From the NCBI GenBank assembly GCA_050011875.1, contig JBEKIG010000005.1, positions 32,001 through 96,000 of the forward strand: a DNA stretch of 64,000 bases, given 5' to 3'. The notes beneath the pieces are model-generated. The model made no database searches. It was given only the letters and a program-made list of their open reading frames with translations, and was not told where the DNA came from. The translations under genes and the position numbers were made by a program. Positions within the stretch are counted from its first letter, which is position 1. Every line of letters begins with the position of its first letter. Shown one piece after another: positions 10,393 through 20,634 of this stretch. The stretch is from Nitrososphaeria archaeon. GTDB lineage: Archaea; Thermoproteota; Nitrososphaeria; JACIWG01.

Positions 10393-10430
10393 TTTGACCA
10401 GTTGACGTGGTTGACGCCAAACTTATATTC
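10393..10430 (+). promoter_or_regulatory. Putative promoter: three TTGAC boxes followed by a BRE/TATA-like element
   Basis: TTTGACCAGTTGACGTGGTTGACGCCAAACTTATATT, about 35 nt upstream of ATG 10461. Confidence 0.45.
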
Positions 10431-10460
10431 TACTCTAATGATATGGTATCATTGGCAGAA

Positions 10461-11991
10461 GATGGAAACTGTTGAAAATATAGTCAGGAAGCTTCTTGAT
10501 CTTGCCAAGAAGAAGCCGCTTGGGCCTGAAGAGCTAGAGGAAGCGAAAGAATGCATGAGGATCCTTCGGCGAAATGGTTTTACAAGCTACGAAATATCCG
10601 AATTAAGTGGTCACGCTTGGGACGCGTCGACGGTGAGAAATTATGTGGTCGGCGTCAAGGTTGTGGACTCTAAGGCCAGAGCTAGGGTAATCGGCCTGTT
10701 CGTCAAAACGATGGAGGAAGATCTCTACCTTGACGAAGTGGATGGGGCCCTTTCCATAAAGTCATCTTTGGACCGAGAGGGAGCTAACATAGAAGACTTC
10801 GCCGGTCTACTGAAGTTAGCGAAAGGTTCGAAGGTCAGCTCAGGCGAGCTGGTAAAGATGTACAATGATTTAAAAGCTTCAAACCTCAACGTTGACCAGC
10901 TAAAACAGGTACTGGAATATAAACTGGGCTTTGAATCATCCAAACTGACATTGGACAACCTAAAGAAAATACGGGACCTGTTGATAAAATTTGGTAGGTT
11001 TAACGATGTCGTAGAAGCCATAACGGCCTACGTCGATCTCAAAGCGCTTAAACAGGAAGTTGAAGACATAAGCCTGGAAAAAACTTCTCGAGAATCAGAA
11101 GTTAAAATGTTAACTAAAGAAATCCTTATTCTTAATAACAAGAAAGAAGAGCTTAAGGCCCCATTTAGCAGATTGGAGCATCTAAGAGGAATAGGCTTTA
11201 ATGATGCAACTCTAGTTGGATTAGCTAAAGCCTGTGATAAGCTAGGTGGTGTAGATGCTGTCCTGAAGGCGGTTGACAGCTTCTCTGACCAGAGGGTGAT
11301 AGAGGCAAGAACCTCTGAACTAGAACGTGTCATGGAAAACCTGGAAATCAAGATAAAGAGATTGGATGTGGAAAACTCTCAGATAATTGAAGGCGTGAGA
11401 ACGTGCAGGGAGCTGATCTTCACCCATGGGTTCAATACAGGTGACATCGTAGGTGTGATGACAGCTGCCAAGAGGTATGGTAACTCAATAGATGTGCTAA
11501 GGGCGGTTGAAGACTATGGCAAGCTTAAGGCCATCCAAGATAAGGTCAACGAACTAGAGGGCTTAAAAGGAGGACTTGAGAAAGAGATAGTACAGCAGAA
11601 GGAAGAAACTAAAGACCTACGTCAAAAGGAGGAAGCCCTAACTAGGGGGGTAAGGGATTACTCCAACCAACGAGATGCTCTCAGGAAAAACGCGGATAAA
11701 TTTGATGAAGAGCTTAGAGAGGCAAAGGTGTTCTTGGCTCTAAGAAGGTACCCTTCGGAGCTGAAGATAGACAGCCTGCAATATTTGGCTCAGGCGATCA
11801 GAAGCTTGGCCACAAACGCTAAGAGCCTTGGAATAAACCAGACGTTCACGCTTAAGGATATCGTTGAGCCAAAACACAAAATCATAAACTTCACGTGGAA
11901 GATAGAGCTTTCGGATGTTCTAGGCTGGGCGAACACGGCCCTGACAACGATCATCGTGAAAACATCGCTGAATCCATCAGGTGCCAGATAA
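10461..11991 (+). CDS. N-terminal HTH protein with three helical/coiled-coil repeats
   Basis: GFTSYEISELSG..WDASTVRNYV HTH, followed by three ~80-aa repeats with heptad segments. No Walker A motif. Confidence 0.8.
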
Positions 11992-12823
11992 CATGAGCTT
12001 GGAAAAGATCGAACAGCATATAAAGGAACTTGAAGCGCTAAAATACTATAGCGGAACCAAGCAGGAAAGAGATGAAGCTTTGAAAAAAGTAGGCGAACTA
12101 GAGAGCGTCAAGACCGAACTAGAGAAAAGGATAGCCGACCTTGAGCAGATAAAGGTTACTTCAGAGGGGAAGACGATAAAGGAAGCCGAAGAAGCCTTCC
12201 TAAGGGCTGAGCAAGAGGAGATAAGCAGAAAAGCTGAAGAAAAGTCCAACGAAAAATATGAGAAATGGCGAAAGGATGAGAAACCTAAGGAGGTATTCGA
12301 TTCGTCTGTCAAAGAGCTCAAGACGATCCTGCAAAGCCTATCTGAAGCCCCATACCAAGCAATTCCTTCTAAGTTGGCACAGGCCGGATTAGATGTTGAA
12401 GTTAAGAAGGCATTAAATGTAGAAGTTCAGAAAAGGTTACATGTGGAATTCAATAAGAGAGTCGAAGCGAGGGCGCACGAAACCGCTTTAAAATGGTTCG
12501 AAAATTGGAAGAAATCTGAGTTAAATAGATGGCATAATGAAAAAATAATGCCTGAAATAGCAAGATTGGAAACAGTCTTCAGCTCAAACATCATGACCGT
12601 ATTGAGGGACACCGACTTCGAAATAACCTGTAACAAATGTGACCAAATATCTCAGATAAAATTTACAGGTCAAATGATTTCAAACCTAATCACAAAAGGG
12701 AAATCCAATTTGCCATGCATCAACCCTAACTGCAACGACCCATGGACAGGCAGACATCAGATTCAGATCAACCTCGCAGATCTCATAGATTCCATGATAA
12801 CGCTCAAGAGTGGATATCCATAA
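11981..12823 (+). CDS. Coiled-coil protein with C-terminal Zn-finger
   Basis: Overlaps the upstream stop. E/K-rich heptads, then CNKC...CINPNC. Confidence 0.8.
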   Translation: MPDNMSLEKIEQHIKELEALKYYSGTKQERDEALKKVGELESVKTELEKRIADLEQIKVTSEGKTIKEAEEAFLRAEQEEISRKAEEKSNEKYEKWRKDEKPKEVFDSSVKELKTILQSLSEAPYQAIPSKLAQAGLDVEVKKALNVEVQKRLHVEFNKRVEARAHETALKWFENWKKSELNRWHNEKIMPEIARLETVFSSNIMTVLRDTDFEITCNKCDQISQIKFTGQMISNLITKGKSNLPCINPNCNDPWTGRHQIQINLADLIDSMITLKSGYP

Positions 12824-13430
12824 AAGGCACGCTTCTCCAGAACATGGAGAAAAGAGTTCAGGATCTGATCAAACAATGAGTTACCAGGTTGTCATCGCCA
12901 AGCTGGAGATCTAGATGAATGAAAAATCCAAAAACCAGCAAGGGACCCCGGCTGAAGATAACACGGATCTAAAGGGAAGGTGAAGAGAAAAGTTAGCTCT
13001 ATTTAAATATTTTAATGATCTAAGCTATTTTCAAAGTTATTATGGTCGAAGAAATCTATATACCTACGCCTCTCTACAGCCATAATACAATCTTAATAGT
13101 TAAGGTCATTGAAGTAAATCATATACATATTTTCTTTTTACCTCCGATTTTTTAATTGCATGATCATGGTACGTCAATATTTTTGATGCTTCCCTCACTT
13201 TCCTTTCTAAAGCTAGACTAGGTCATAGTCCTGCCATTTGATAGATAGGTATGTGGAAAGTGCTTTATTGCTCTTGGGCGGTTCTAACCTCTGGGGCGGC
13301 TCTGATAACGTATCGGGATATTTTCTAAACCCAATCTCGCCGATAACTAACGGGGTAAGAGTTAAATCGATGATTCTAATAACTTCTTGGGGTATTCAAA
13401 TATCTCAATTACTGGTAAGGTATTGCAGAA

Positions 13431-14669
13431 ATGACTGACAAAACGAAGGGGCCAAAACGGGAAGTGTTGCTCCGAATGGTTGAGTTCGTAGCTTCAGTCT
13501 TATACATAATTGATTTCCTTGTAAGCCATAAGGTTCCGAATTATCTTTCATTAGAGTTGGGAAGCGGTCTTGGGAATGCATTATCAATCGGAATATTCAT
13601 CCTCGCTTGGATTGGCGTAATCGTAATAGGGGGTTTGAGTGCTATTGTCAGATTGGTTAGGAAGCTCACCGTAACTAAAAAACCGAAATCAGTTGCACCA
13701 TCACCTAGTATTAGCCCGATTCCTAAAGAAGTGGCAAAGGAATCAGTTAGTGAAGAACTAAATAAAGTTAAGACTAAGCCATTTCAAGAAGCCCACTTAA
13801 CAAAAATACCTAAAGAAACAACTGAAGCTGAAATTAAGAAGCACTATCATGATGTGGCACAGAGCTATTTCGTGCTACTTTCTCGGATGAATCTCTCGGA
13901 TATGGAAGGATCGGTGGCTTACCGACAACTAGGAGGTAATCTGAATGTTATACCGCGGGAAGGTTTTGAACAAGTGGAAGCGCATTTGAAATCGGACATA
14001 CCAGATTTTTTCACCAACTTGTCAAAAATTGAGATGGAGATTAAAGATCTGAATAAAGAACCCTTAGTAATTGAAGCTTTAGTGAAAGAAAAAGCTACAA
14101 CGGCATTGAGTCAAATAGCTCCCATTGCCAAAATTCCAAATAAAAACTGGTTACTTGATCCTTGCAGGTACATGTCTGAAATCGACAATTCTGAGTTACA
14201 AGCTATATCCACTTGGCTAAGCTCCCCTAGCATATTCATAACTCCTGTCTTAGAAATATTACGAGATTGTTACATCAAAATTTTTTACATCAGACGTTTC
14301 AAAGGTGAACCAGAGTACAAAATACTCCAAGATATGCAACTTCCGAACAGTTTTATTGTTCACGGAGATATTAACCGATCAATAGCTCTGTATTCTACAC
14401 CCGATGTAGACGCCAAAGTACCTCTTGGAAAGGCATTATCCGCACAACAAAAAGAGAGCGTTGTGAAAACGCTAAACTCGCTCTTAACTGATTCTAAGAT
14501 TAGAGAAAAAATCGATGCAGCCATCAACAGGAAGAAGAAAATATTTGATGAGGTTGCTACACTAAGAGAAAAAATTCAAGTCATTCTCAATCGAATTGAA
14601 AAGGGTGAAGGTGGTGCGTATGATACGAGAGTTGAATGTTGCAAGAAAATTCTCGAAAGCAGTGTTTAG
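13431..14669 (+). CDS. Hypothetical protein, two N-terminal TM helices plus large helical domain
   Basis: 412-aa ORF with two hydrophobic segments and a Pro-rich linker. Confidence 0.75.
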   Translation: MTDKTKGPKREVLLRMVEFVASVLYIIDFLVSHKVPNYLSLELGSGLGNALSIGIFILAWIGVIVIGGLSAIVRLVRKLTVTKKPKSVAPSPSISPIPKEVAKESVSEELNKVKTKPFQEAHLTKIPKETTEAEIKKHYHDVAQSYFVLLSRMNLSDMEGSVAYRQLGGNLNVIPREGFEQVEAHLKSDIPDFFTNLSKIEMEIKDLNKEPLVIEALVKEKATTALSQIAPIAKIPNKNWLLDPCRYMSEIDNSELQAISTWLSSPSIFITPVLEILRDCYIKIFYIRRFKGEPEYKILQDMQLPNSFIVHGDINRSIALYSTPDVDAKVPLGKALSAQQKESVVKTLNSLLTDSKIREKIDAAINRKKKIFDEVATLREKIQVILNRIEKGEGGAYDTRVECCKKILESSV

Positions 14670-14983
14670 GACTTTGACAAATACTCGCTTAGTATATATC
14701 TTATCGTTTCATCATTATGTTTCAATATTACATGACTACCTTTCTGCCTTACTGGTCTAAAACCGATTTTAGTAAGAGCTTTTATAATCTTATCAGCTGA
14801 GGTTGGCTTTAAGTTATATTAGGTTAAGTCATCTAGATGAGCGAAAGGAAACTTTGGAGAGGTTAATTGAGGAAGCCTTGGTTGAATAGGAAAGAAGTCT
14901 ATAAGCTCATCAGAAAAGTTCTTACAAATTAAAATGAGGCAATGTTAATTAAGGTGTGTGAGGAAAATTCGTCAGTGAATGGT

Positions 14984-15187
14984 TTGGCGGAAACTGTTAG
15001 TGTACCCAAAGAACTGTTAAAAGACCTTTATACTGAACTGGTCAAGGTTGAAGAGGTTCTCACAACACTTGAAGAATTAATGGACAAGGAAGGCTTAGAA
15101 AGAATACATAGAGCAGAGCAGGAATACGCAAAAGGAGAATATGTAACCGTTAAAGATAGTAGTGAAATTAAAGAAATTATTAAGTGA
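14984..15187 (+). CDS. Putative antitoxin (RelB-like, archaeal type)
   Basis: Small acidic protein, TLEELMDKE..ERIHRAEQEY..GE, directly upstream of a RelE-like fragment. Confidence 0.65.
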   Translation: MAETVSVPKELLKDLYTELVKVEEVLTTLEELMDKEGLERIHRAEQEYAKGEYVTVKDSSEIKEIIK

Positions 15188-15195
15188 ACAACCTT

Positions 15196-15330
15196 TTGAC
15201 TTACAAGGCTGCTCTAACCAAAAGTTTTCTCAGAGCACTTGGAAAACTTCCAGAAGATATAATAGACAAGGCCTTAACGGCTGTCGACGAAATAGTTTAG
15301 TTGCTAACCCCCTTTCCCTGTTATCCTAAG
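15196..15330 (+). pseudogene. Truncated RelE/ParE-family toxin
   Basis: MTYKAALTKSFLRALGKLPEDI...EIV*. A tandem TAGTT duplication (15293-15302) creates the stop just before ANP. Confidence 0.7.
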
Positions 15331-15539
15331 TAAAGCGCGTTCGTCATAGAGGTAAGTTAAACGACGATGGGAAATTCATGTTTATAATATATTCGTGCTT
15401 AATTACGGTCGAACACCATCGGACTTAAACCTAATTGCCCTCCCAATAATTTACTAGAAGACTAATGCGCGAACCCCACCCCCCGCAAATTTGAAAAAAC
15501 TTATAAACTAAGAAATTATTATGAAAAGAGAATCTTTTA

Positions 15540-15761
15540 ATGAGCCAAGAACCCAAGAAGATGGATAGAAGAAAATTCATTTATGCCGCTCTTGGCGCTG
15601 CGGTTATAATAGTCAGTGGTTCTGCGATTTACTTTGTCACCAAACCACCTGAAATGACAACCGCTTTACTTAGCGACGTTGGAATGGGTGAAGAGCCAAT
15701 AGACAGCTTGGCCAACAAATTATCAAATACAAATGATAATCAAATCGAAGGCATCGTTTAG
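15540..15761 (+). pseudogene. Remnant bearing a Tat-like signal anchor (solute-binding-protein-like N-terminus)
   Basis: MDRRKFI followed by a hydrophobic helix, then only about 35 aa. Confidence 0.5.
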
Positions 15762-15842
15762 GAAGTGGAAAAAAATGCTGTGGTTCAGTTCTGTTATTTA
15801 ATTTGACAATAGGTTAAATTTGGAATCTTATATTATAGCATT

Positions 15843-16016
15843 TTATCTCCTAATCTTCTCTTTTATTATTTTAACTGCGTCGTACCTTCCAAGTGTATAG
15901 TAGACGCCGAGGATCTTAGAACCACGCTTTTTCATCTCTTCGTACGACTTTATTTGATGAGCGATAAATTCCTTTGTTGGCTTCTTCCTAAATTTTGCTA
16001 AAGTTATGAAAATCAT
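15843..16016 (-). pseudogene. Truncated GYD-domain protein
   Basis: MIFITLAKF..G.KI..VYYTLGRYDAV. The C-terminal half is missing. Confidence 0.65.
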
Positions 16017-16116
16017 ATTATCGCTTGACGTTTGATAAATTACAATCATTACTTAGGCTTTTAAAAATATCATCAATATTACATTTGTAGCCCTATAAGC
16101 AGACATAATCAGATTT

Positions 16117-16704
16117 TCAAGTACTTTTACTCTTTCTTAATCTATGGGTGACTGCTATTGTCTTAGCCATCATCTTGCCCAGATATCTTGCACCTTTAAT
16201 TCCCTCTTTATCTTTGGCGACTTCCCCCCTCTTATTGCCGATTGCGAAGACTCTCCCACCACTTGGGATTATCATCCTGACAGCTGTTATGAAAGTAATC
16301 ATCTGGTCACAAGTTCTCATTAAACCGGAGCGACGGGCGACAGCGATGACTCCACCCACCTTACCTGTGAAGTCCTTTCTTCCTCGTGCTAGGGCAAGGT
16401 AGCCAATCCTGTCTATGAAGACCTTCATCTGTGCCGTGACCCCCTGAAAGTATGAGGGACTGGCCAGAATGATTCCGTCAGCTTCGAGGATTTCCTTATA
16501 CACCTTCTCGCCATCGTCGTCGATGACACACTTCTTAGTTCTGAAGCAGGTCCTACAAGCATTACATGGTTGGAGACTGTAATCTTTGATGTATATGAGT
16601 TTCACATTCGCGCCTTGTTTCTTTGCAGCAGCCAAAGCCTCTTGCAGTATCAAGTCAGTATTGCCCTTAACCCTAGGGCTACCACTTACCCCTAAAATGA
16701 GCAT
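16117..16704 (-). CDS. Iron-sulfur flavoprotein / NADPH-dependent FMN reductase family
   Basis: GSPR..GNT, CxxCxxCx5C, SPSY, MKVFIDR. Confidence 0.9.
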   Translation of the reverse strand: MLILGVSGSPRVKGNTDLILQEALAAAKKQGANVKLIYIKDYSLQPCNACRTCFRTKKCVIDDDGEKVYKEILEADGIILASPSYFQGVTAQMKVFIDRIGYLALARGRKDFTGKVGGVIAVARRSGLMRTCDQMITFITAVRMIIPSGGRVFAIGNKRGEVAKDKEGIKGARYLGKMMAKTIAVTHRLRKSKST

Positions 16705-16820
16705 TCTTCTATCTTCTATAGCGCAGAAAATTCATGTATTAAAGTCTATTCGCAGATAGCTGCCAGCCTTAAAGCTGCAAAAGCAAACATTTACTTTATT
16801 CATTAACACGATTGCAAAAA

Positions 16821-16864
16821 TTATTTTTGGTGTAGAGTATAATTATCTTTGGTGTAGAGTATAA
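16821..16864. repeat. 22-bp tandem direct repeat in a divergent promoter region
   Basis: TTAT(T/C)TTTGGTGTAGAGTATAA twice, with one mismatch. Confidence 0.85.
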
Positions 16865-16909
16865 AAATAATTTTCTAAGAATAGCCTTTAAAACAAGATT
16901 TAAATATTT

Positions 16910-17938
16910 ATGTTGAATACACCAGCGACTTCGTTGGCTAGAATTTTTACATGCGGGTTTGTCGTAGTTGACATTTTGGCAGCAGGTTTGCCAAAGATTC
17001 CTGAGCCGGGTGAAGGAATTCCAGCTCCATTGGGAATTAAATTTTCTCTTGGAGGACATCCTGCCAACGTCTCTGTGGATTTGGAACAGCTGGACCTTAA
17101 AAGGGGGGACGTTAGAGTCGCCTTAGCTGCTGGCAGGGACATGTTCGGCGACTTCATTCAAGGTTTTCTGAGGTCCAGGGGCGTTGTCGGAAGACTTCAA
17201 CGTGTTAAGGATGCTCCGACAGGTATATCGCTTCTCTGGATTAAAACGGGTGAAGACAAGAGGGTGGTTATAATGTTGGGTGCCAACCTTTTCTTGGACT
17301 TTAATTACGTAATGCGCGCTGTTAGAGAGTGCAGGCCTAAGATACTTTACGTAGCATCCGGAGTACTTGGAAACTTCGATTTCAGACTTAAGGACCTTCT
17401 CGAATACTGTCATAATAACAATATCCGGACCGTATTAGATCTGACTACACCATATCAGAAGGAATGGAACTACAGCCATTCGGCGTTGCCCTACGTTGAT
17501 GTCCTGCACAGCAATGTTGAGGAGCTTCAGGGCATCACTGGTCAGCTTAACCCTTTAGACGGCCTCAGATGGGTGGCTAAGATGGGTGTTAAGTGTCCAA
17601 TTGTCAGTGACGGTAAGAATGGGTCGACGCTGCTCTTTAAAGGCAAGTTCATAAAGCAGCCTGCCTTCGATGTAAAGCTCATTGATCCCAGTGGGGCCGG
17701 CGACGCCATGACAGCTGGGACCGTGAGAAAGCTTCTAGATGTTATTGAGGCAGGGCGATCCATTGAAGACTTGACCGTTCAGGAGGCTGCGGAAATTCTT
17801 CTTTTCGCTCAGGCTACAGGAGGAGCATGCGTTGAAGAAATAGGTACAACTCCTGGTGTTAATACAGAACATGTTAATCGCATTCTGGATCAACAGAGGG
17901 AAACAGTCTTGTCTAAAACCACTATTGTGGAATCTTAG
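16910..17938 (+). CDS. PfkB/ribokinase-family carbohydrate kinase
   Basis: GGHPANV, G.D.FG, N..E and DPSGAGD motifs. Confidence 0.9.
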   Translation: MLNTPATSLARIFTCGFVVVDILAAGLPKIPEPGEGIPAPLGIKFSLGGHPANVSVDLEQLDLKRGDVRVALAAGRDMFGDFIQGFLRSRGVVGRLQRVKDAPTGISLLWIKTGEDKRVVIMLGANLFLDFNYVMRAVRECRPKILYVASGVLGNFDFRLKDLLEYCHNNNIRTVLDLTTPYQKEWNYSHSALPYVDVLHSNVEELQGITGQLNPLDGLRWVAKMGVKCPIVSDGKNGSTLLFKGKFIKQPAFDVKLIDPSGAGDAMTAGTVRKLLDVIEAGRSIEDLTVQEAAEILLFAQATGGACVEEIGTTPGVNTEHVNRILDQQRETVLSKTTIVES

Positions 17939-18134
17939 AATCGTAGAATAGCTGTTCTTGAATGTCTCCCAAAGTGGGCTATTAGGTCCTGCATTCCAGG
18001 TATCATCAAGAAGTTTTCATTAATTCGAGGTTTCCTTTTACGCCCATCTTGTTTACCTCAACATGTATTTAGTGCAAAATGCTAATAAAGTTTGCATAAA
18101 AACCTGCCTGAAGAATTTGCGAATAATATCATTC

Positions 18135-18581
18135 TCAATTGTTAGTTCTCCAGACAAATCGCATGGAAATGAGGTATTGGATTGGATAAGCAACTAAAGC
18201 CCCTACAATATTGCCGAGTGCAGGTGAAAGTGATAGGGTTCCTAGTAGCAGGAGTTGAATTAATACGCCTATCGAGCTTCCAATACCATTTAAGCCTTCA
18301 AATTTCAGTAACCTTATGGTTAATTGATCTTTCTGGTCATTTCCAACATGGATGGTTATCCGTTCATTAATGAAAAAGGCGACTGCAATACCTATTCCTT
18401 GTGCAAGAATGTTCAGCGCTAAGAGTGCTGGCGAAGAGTAAGTGTTGCTTGGAATGATGAGATTTCCGTATATAACTAGTAAACCAATCAATAGAACTAG
18501 TTCTGAGATAACACCGCCACTTGTATTTGCAAAGACAAACTTGGCAAACTTGAAAATGCTGCGAATTCTTTTCGAAATTCT
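18135..18581 (-). pseudogene. GtrA-family membrane protein lacking a start codon
   Basis: Duplicated KF..G halves ending RFVW. The frame is open to 18581 but has no ATG/GTG/TTG before the first helix. Confidence 0.6.
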
Positions 18582-18732
18582 TTATCCCTTACTTAAAGCC
18601 GTCCTATCTGTTCTTAAGCATTGTGGCAAGCTTGGTAGTTGTGGTAAATGAAAGAAAGGCCCCAATAAGCTTTATTTAATATATCATTTAATAATGATGT
18701 TCTTTAGACAGGTTTTAGATAGCTACACGACT

Positions 18733-19230
18733 TTATTTTACAGTTTTAAATTGTTCTGCTATGTTTCGCGCCCATTCTTTAGATTTGTTGACGTCTACCA
18801 TGTCTTGACTCGTTTTTCCTAGGAATTTCATTCTTCCACCAAACACTTCCACATCGAACGGTTTCAGCTTTGTGTTCTTTTCAAGTATTTTGTCGACATA
18901 TTTTTTAATAGCCTCGTCCTTTGGCTCAAGAGACGAAAGGAATATCGCCACTTTCCTGTCCCCGAAGTCGTTTTCCAAAAACTTGCGGCCGTCATCGTGC
19001 AACCTCTGTATTTTAACTCCACAGCCCAAGATCACGTTCTGGTACTGTGTCAATTCAGGATGATGATTTCTCCTGAGATCGACCAGATCCACCTCTAATT
19101 TGAATTCCTCTCTTAGAACAGATGCAATGGCGTTTGCATACTCTTCCGTTGTCCCGCCTTTTGTTGCATATGCGATTAGAGTTTTGTTTTCACTTATATC
19201 TTTCGCCAAGCATGCGTTGGCTTTTACCAT
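18733..19230 (-). CDS. Flavodoxin-domain protein (HemG-like)
   Basis: LIAYATKGGTTEEYA..FGG..W flavodoxin_5 pattern. Confidence 0.85.
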   Translation of the reverse strand: MVKANACLAKDISENKTLIAYATKGGTTEEYANAIASVLREEFKLEVDLVDLRRNHHPELTQYQNVILGCGVKIQRLHDDGRKFLENDFGDRKVAIFLSSLEPKDEAIKKYVDKILEKNTKLKPFDVEVFGGRMKFLGKTSQDMVDVNKSKEWARNIAEQFKTVK

Positions 19231-19341
19231 TTTTATGCATTACCATTTAACTTAGGGTGTGAACTCTAACCTTTAAATGTCAGTTTTTCTATATTTAAAA
19301 CATGAAAAACAAAACCTTTCTCTCAATTATCTTGGATTACC

Positions 19342-20634
19342 TTATGAAGGCAAAAATGAGCGTGTTTTAAATGCTGCTTTTCCCATAAACTGTCCTCTAC
19401 TTCCCAGTTCCTTCTCAATCATGGTCACTCTATTAGTAGTATCGTCGAGTCCCCCTTCTCTCATTTGACCAGTATTAAGGCCGACAGCGTAGTCTGCTAT
19501 ATCTGCTCCTTCTCCCCGGCTACTGCATGGCATAACAGCATAACCGTGTTTGTACGCATATTCAACCATCTCGAACGCTTCTGTTATAGACCCTATTTGA
19601 TTGACTTTTAAAAGGACGGTGTTGCATGCTTTTCCTTCAATTCCCCTTTTTACACGTTCGATATTTGTTGTAAAGAAATCGTCACCGACTATCTGAATGC
19701 CTAGTTCCTTAGTTAAGATGGCGTGTCCCTCAACATCGTTTTCGTCCATTGGGTCTTCTAAGACCAGGAACGGATAGTCTTTGACAGCTTCTTTATATAG
19801 TTCAATCAGATCTTCAGGAGTTTTGTCTTCTGCAGAGAATAAGCCTACAAATTTTTTCTTGTTCTTATCCCAGTAAGTGCCTGCAGCTACATCCATCTGG
19901 ATTCCAACTCTGTTCTTATATCCCAGGTTCTCAATGGTCTCGGCCATAATTTCCCAGAGTTGGCGGTCATGTTTGATCTTTTCAGACTTCTTAACCAAAA
20001 GCATAGAGTAAAAGCCGGAATATGTTCTCTGTCCTAACTTTTCATAGACTATTCTGTAAAATTCTCTTTTTAACTCCCAACATGCATAAGATGCTTCAGA
20101 GAAGGTCTTAAATCCGTAAGCCATGAAAGTGACACTTGGCTTTTCGCCTGATCTCTGGCCTCCTCCATATCTGGTACCTCCGATGTAGCCTGCGACTCCT
20201 GGTACTGGTAATATTCGAGCGAACACTCCACCAATATGCTGATAAAGCGGTATATGAAGAAAGTTTGCAGCTGCTTTGAGGCATGCCGCTGATATGCTTG
20301 CAGTAGAGTTGCCTCCGAGCTTTGTTTTCAGAGGGGTTCCATCGAGCTTAATCATTGTATCATCGATTTTATTTTGGTCTATTATATCGAAGCCTACAAG
20401 CTTTGGTGCAATGACGTTGTTTACGATATCAACCGCTTTAGTTAATCCAAGACCATTGTATCTCTTACCTCCATCATGAATAAAGAATACCTCATGTTCA
20501 CCAACTGATACACCTGCTTGAACAATACCAGTTCCACTTGAGCCGTCTTCTGTAACAACAGTAGTTTCTATACCAGGATGTCCTCTTATAGACATGATTT
20601 CTCTCGCAAAAATAATTTTAATTTTGGAACTCAA
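19342..20634 (-). CDS. Divergent enolase paralog
   Basis: Full enolase architecture (AREI..RG.P, KLGGN, DVAA, EDP, VGDD, LKVNQIG), with several catalytic motifs changed. Confidence 0.9.
   Translation of the reverse strand: MSSKIKIIFAREIMSIRGHPGIETTVVTEDGSSGTGIVQAGVSVGEHEVFFIHDGGKRYNGLGLTKAVDIVNNVIAPKLVGFDIIDQNKIDDTMIKLDGTPLKTKLGGNSTASISAACLKAAANFLHIPLYQHIGGVFARILPVPGVAGYIGGTRYGGGQRSGEKPSVTFMAYGFKTFSEASYACWELKREFYRIVYEKLGQRTYSGFYSMLLVKKSEKIKHDRQLWEIMAETIENLGYKNRVGIQMDVAAGTYWDKNKKKFVGLFSAEDKTPEDLIELYKEAVKDYPFLVLEDPMDENDVEGHAILTKELGIQIVGDDFFTTNIERVKRGIEGKACNTVLLKVNQIGSITEAFEMVEYAYKHGYAVMPCSSRGEGADIADYAVGLNTGQMREGGLDDTTNRVTMIEKELGSRGQFMGKAAFKTRSFLPS

Noticed and set aside
10272-10397. His/Ser-rich peptide ORF across the CATCA array
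   Set aside because: The 10-bp unit is not codon-phased, so the ORF is a by-product of the repeat.
10461-11991. SMC/Rad50 ATPase
   Set aside because: No Walker A/B or signature motif, and no hinge or hook.
13282-13367. Integron attC site (TCTAAC...GTTAAAT)
   Set aside because: Internal pairing is poor, and there is no second site or integrase in the window.
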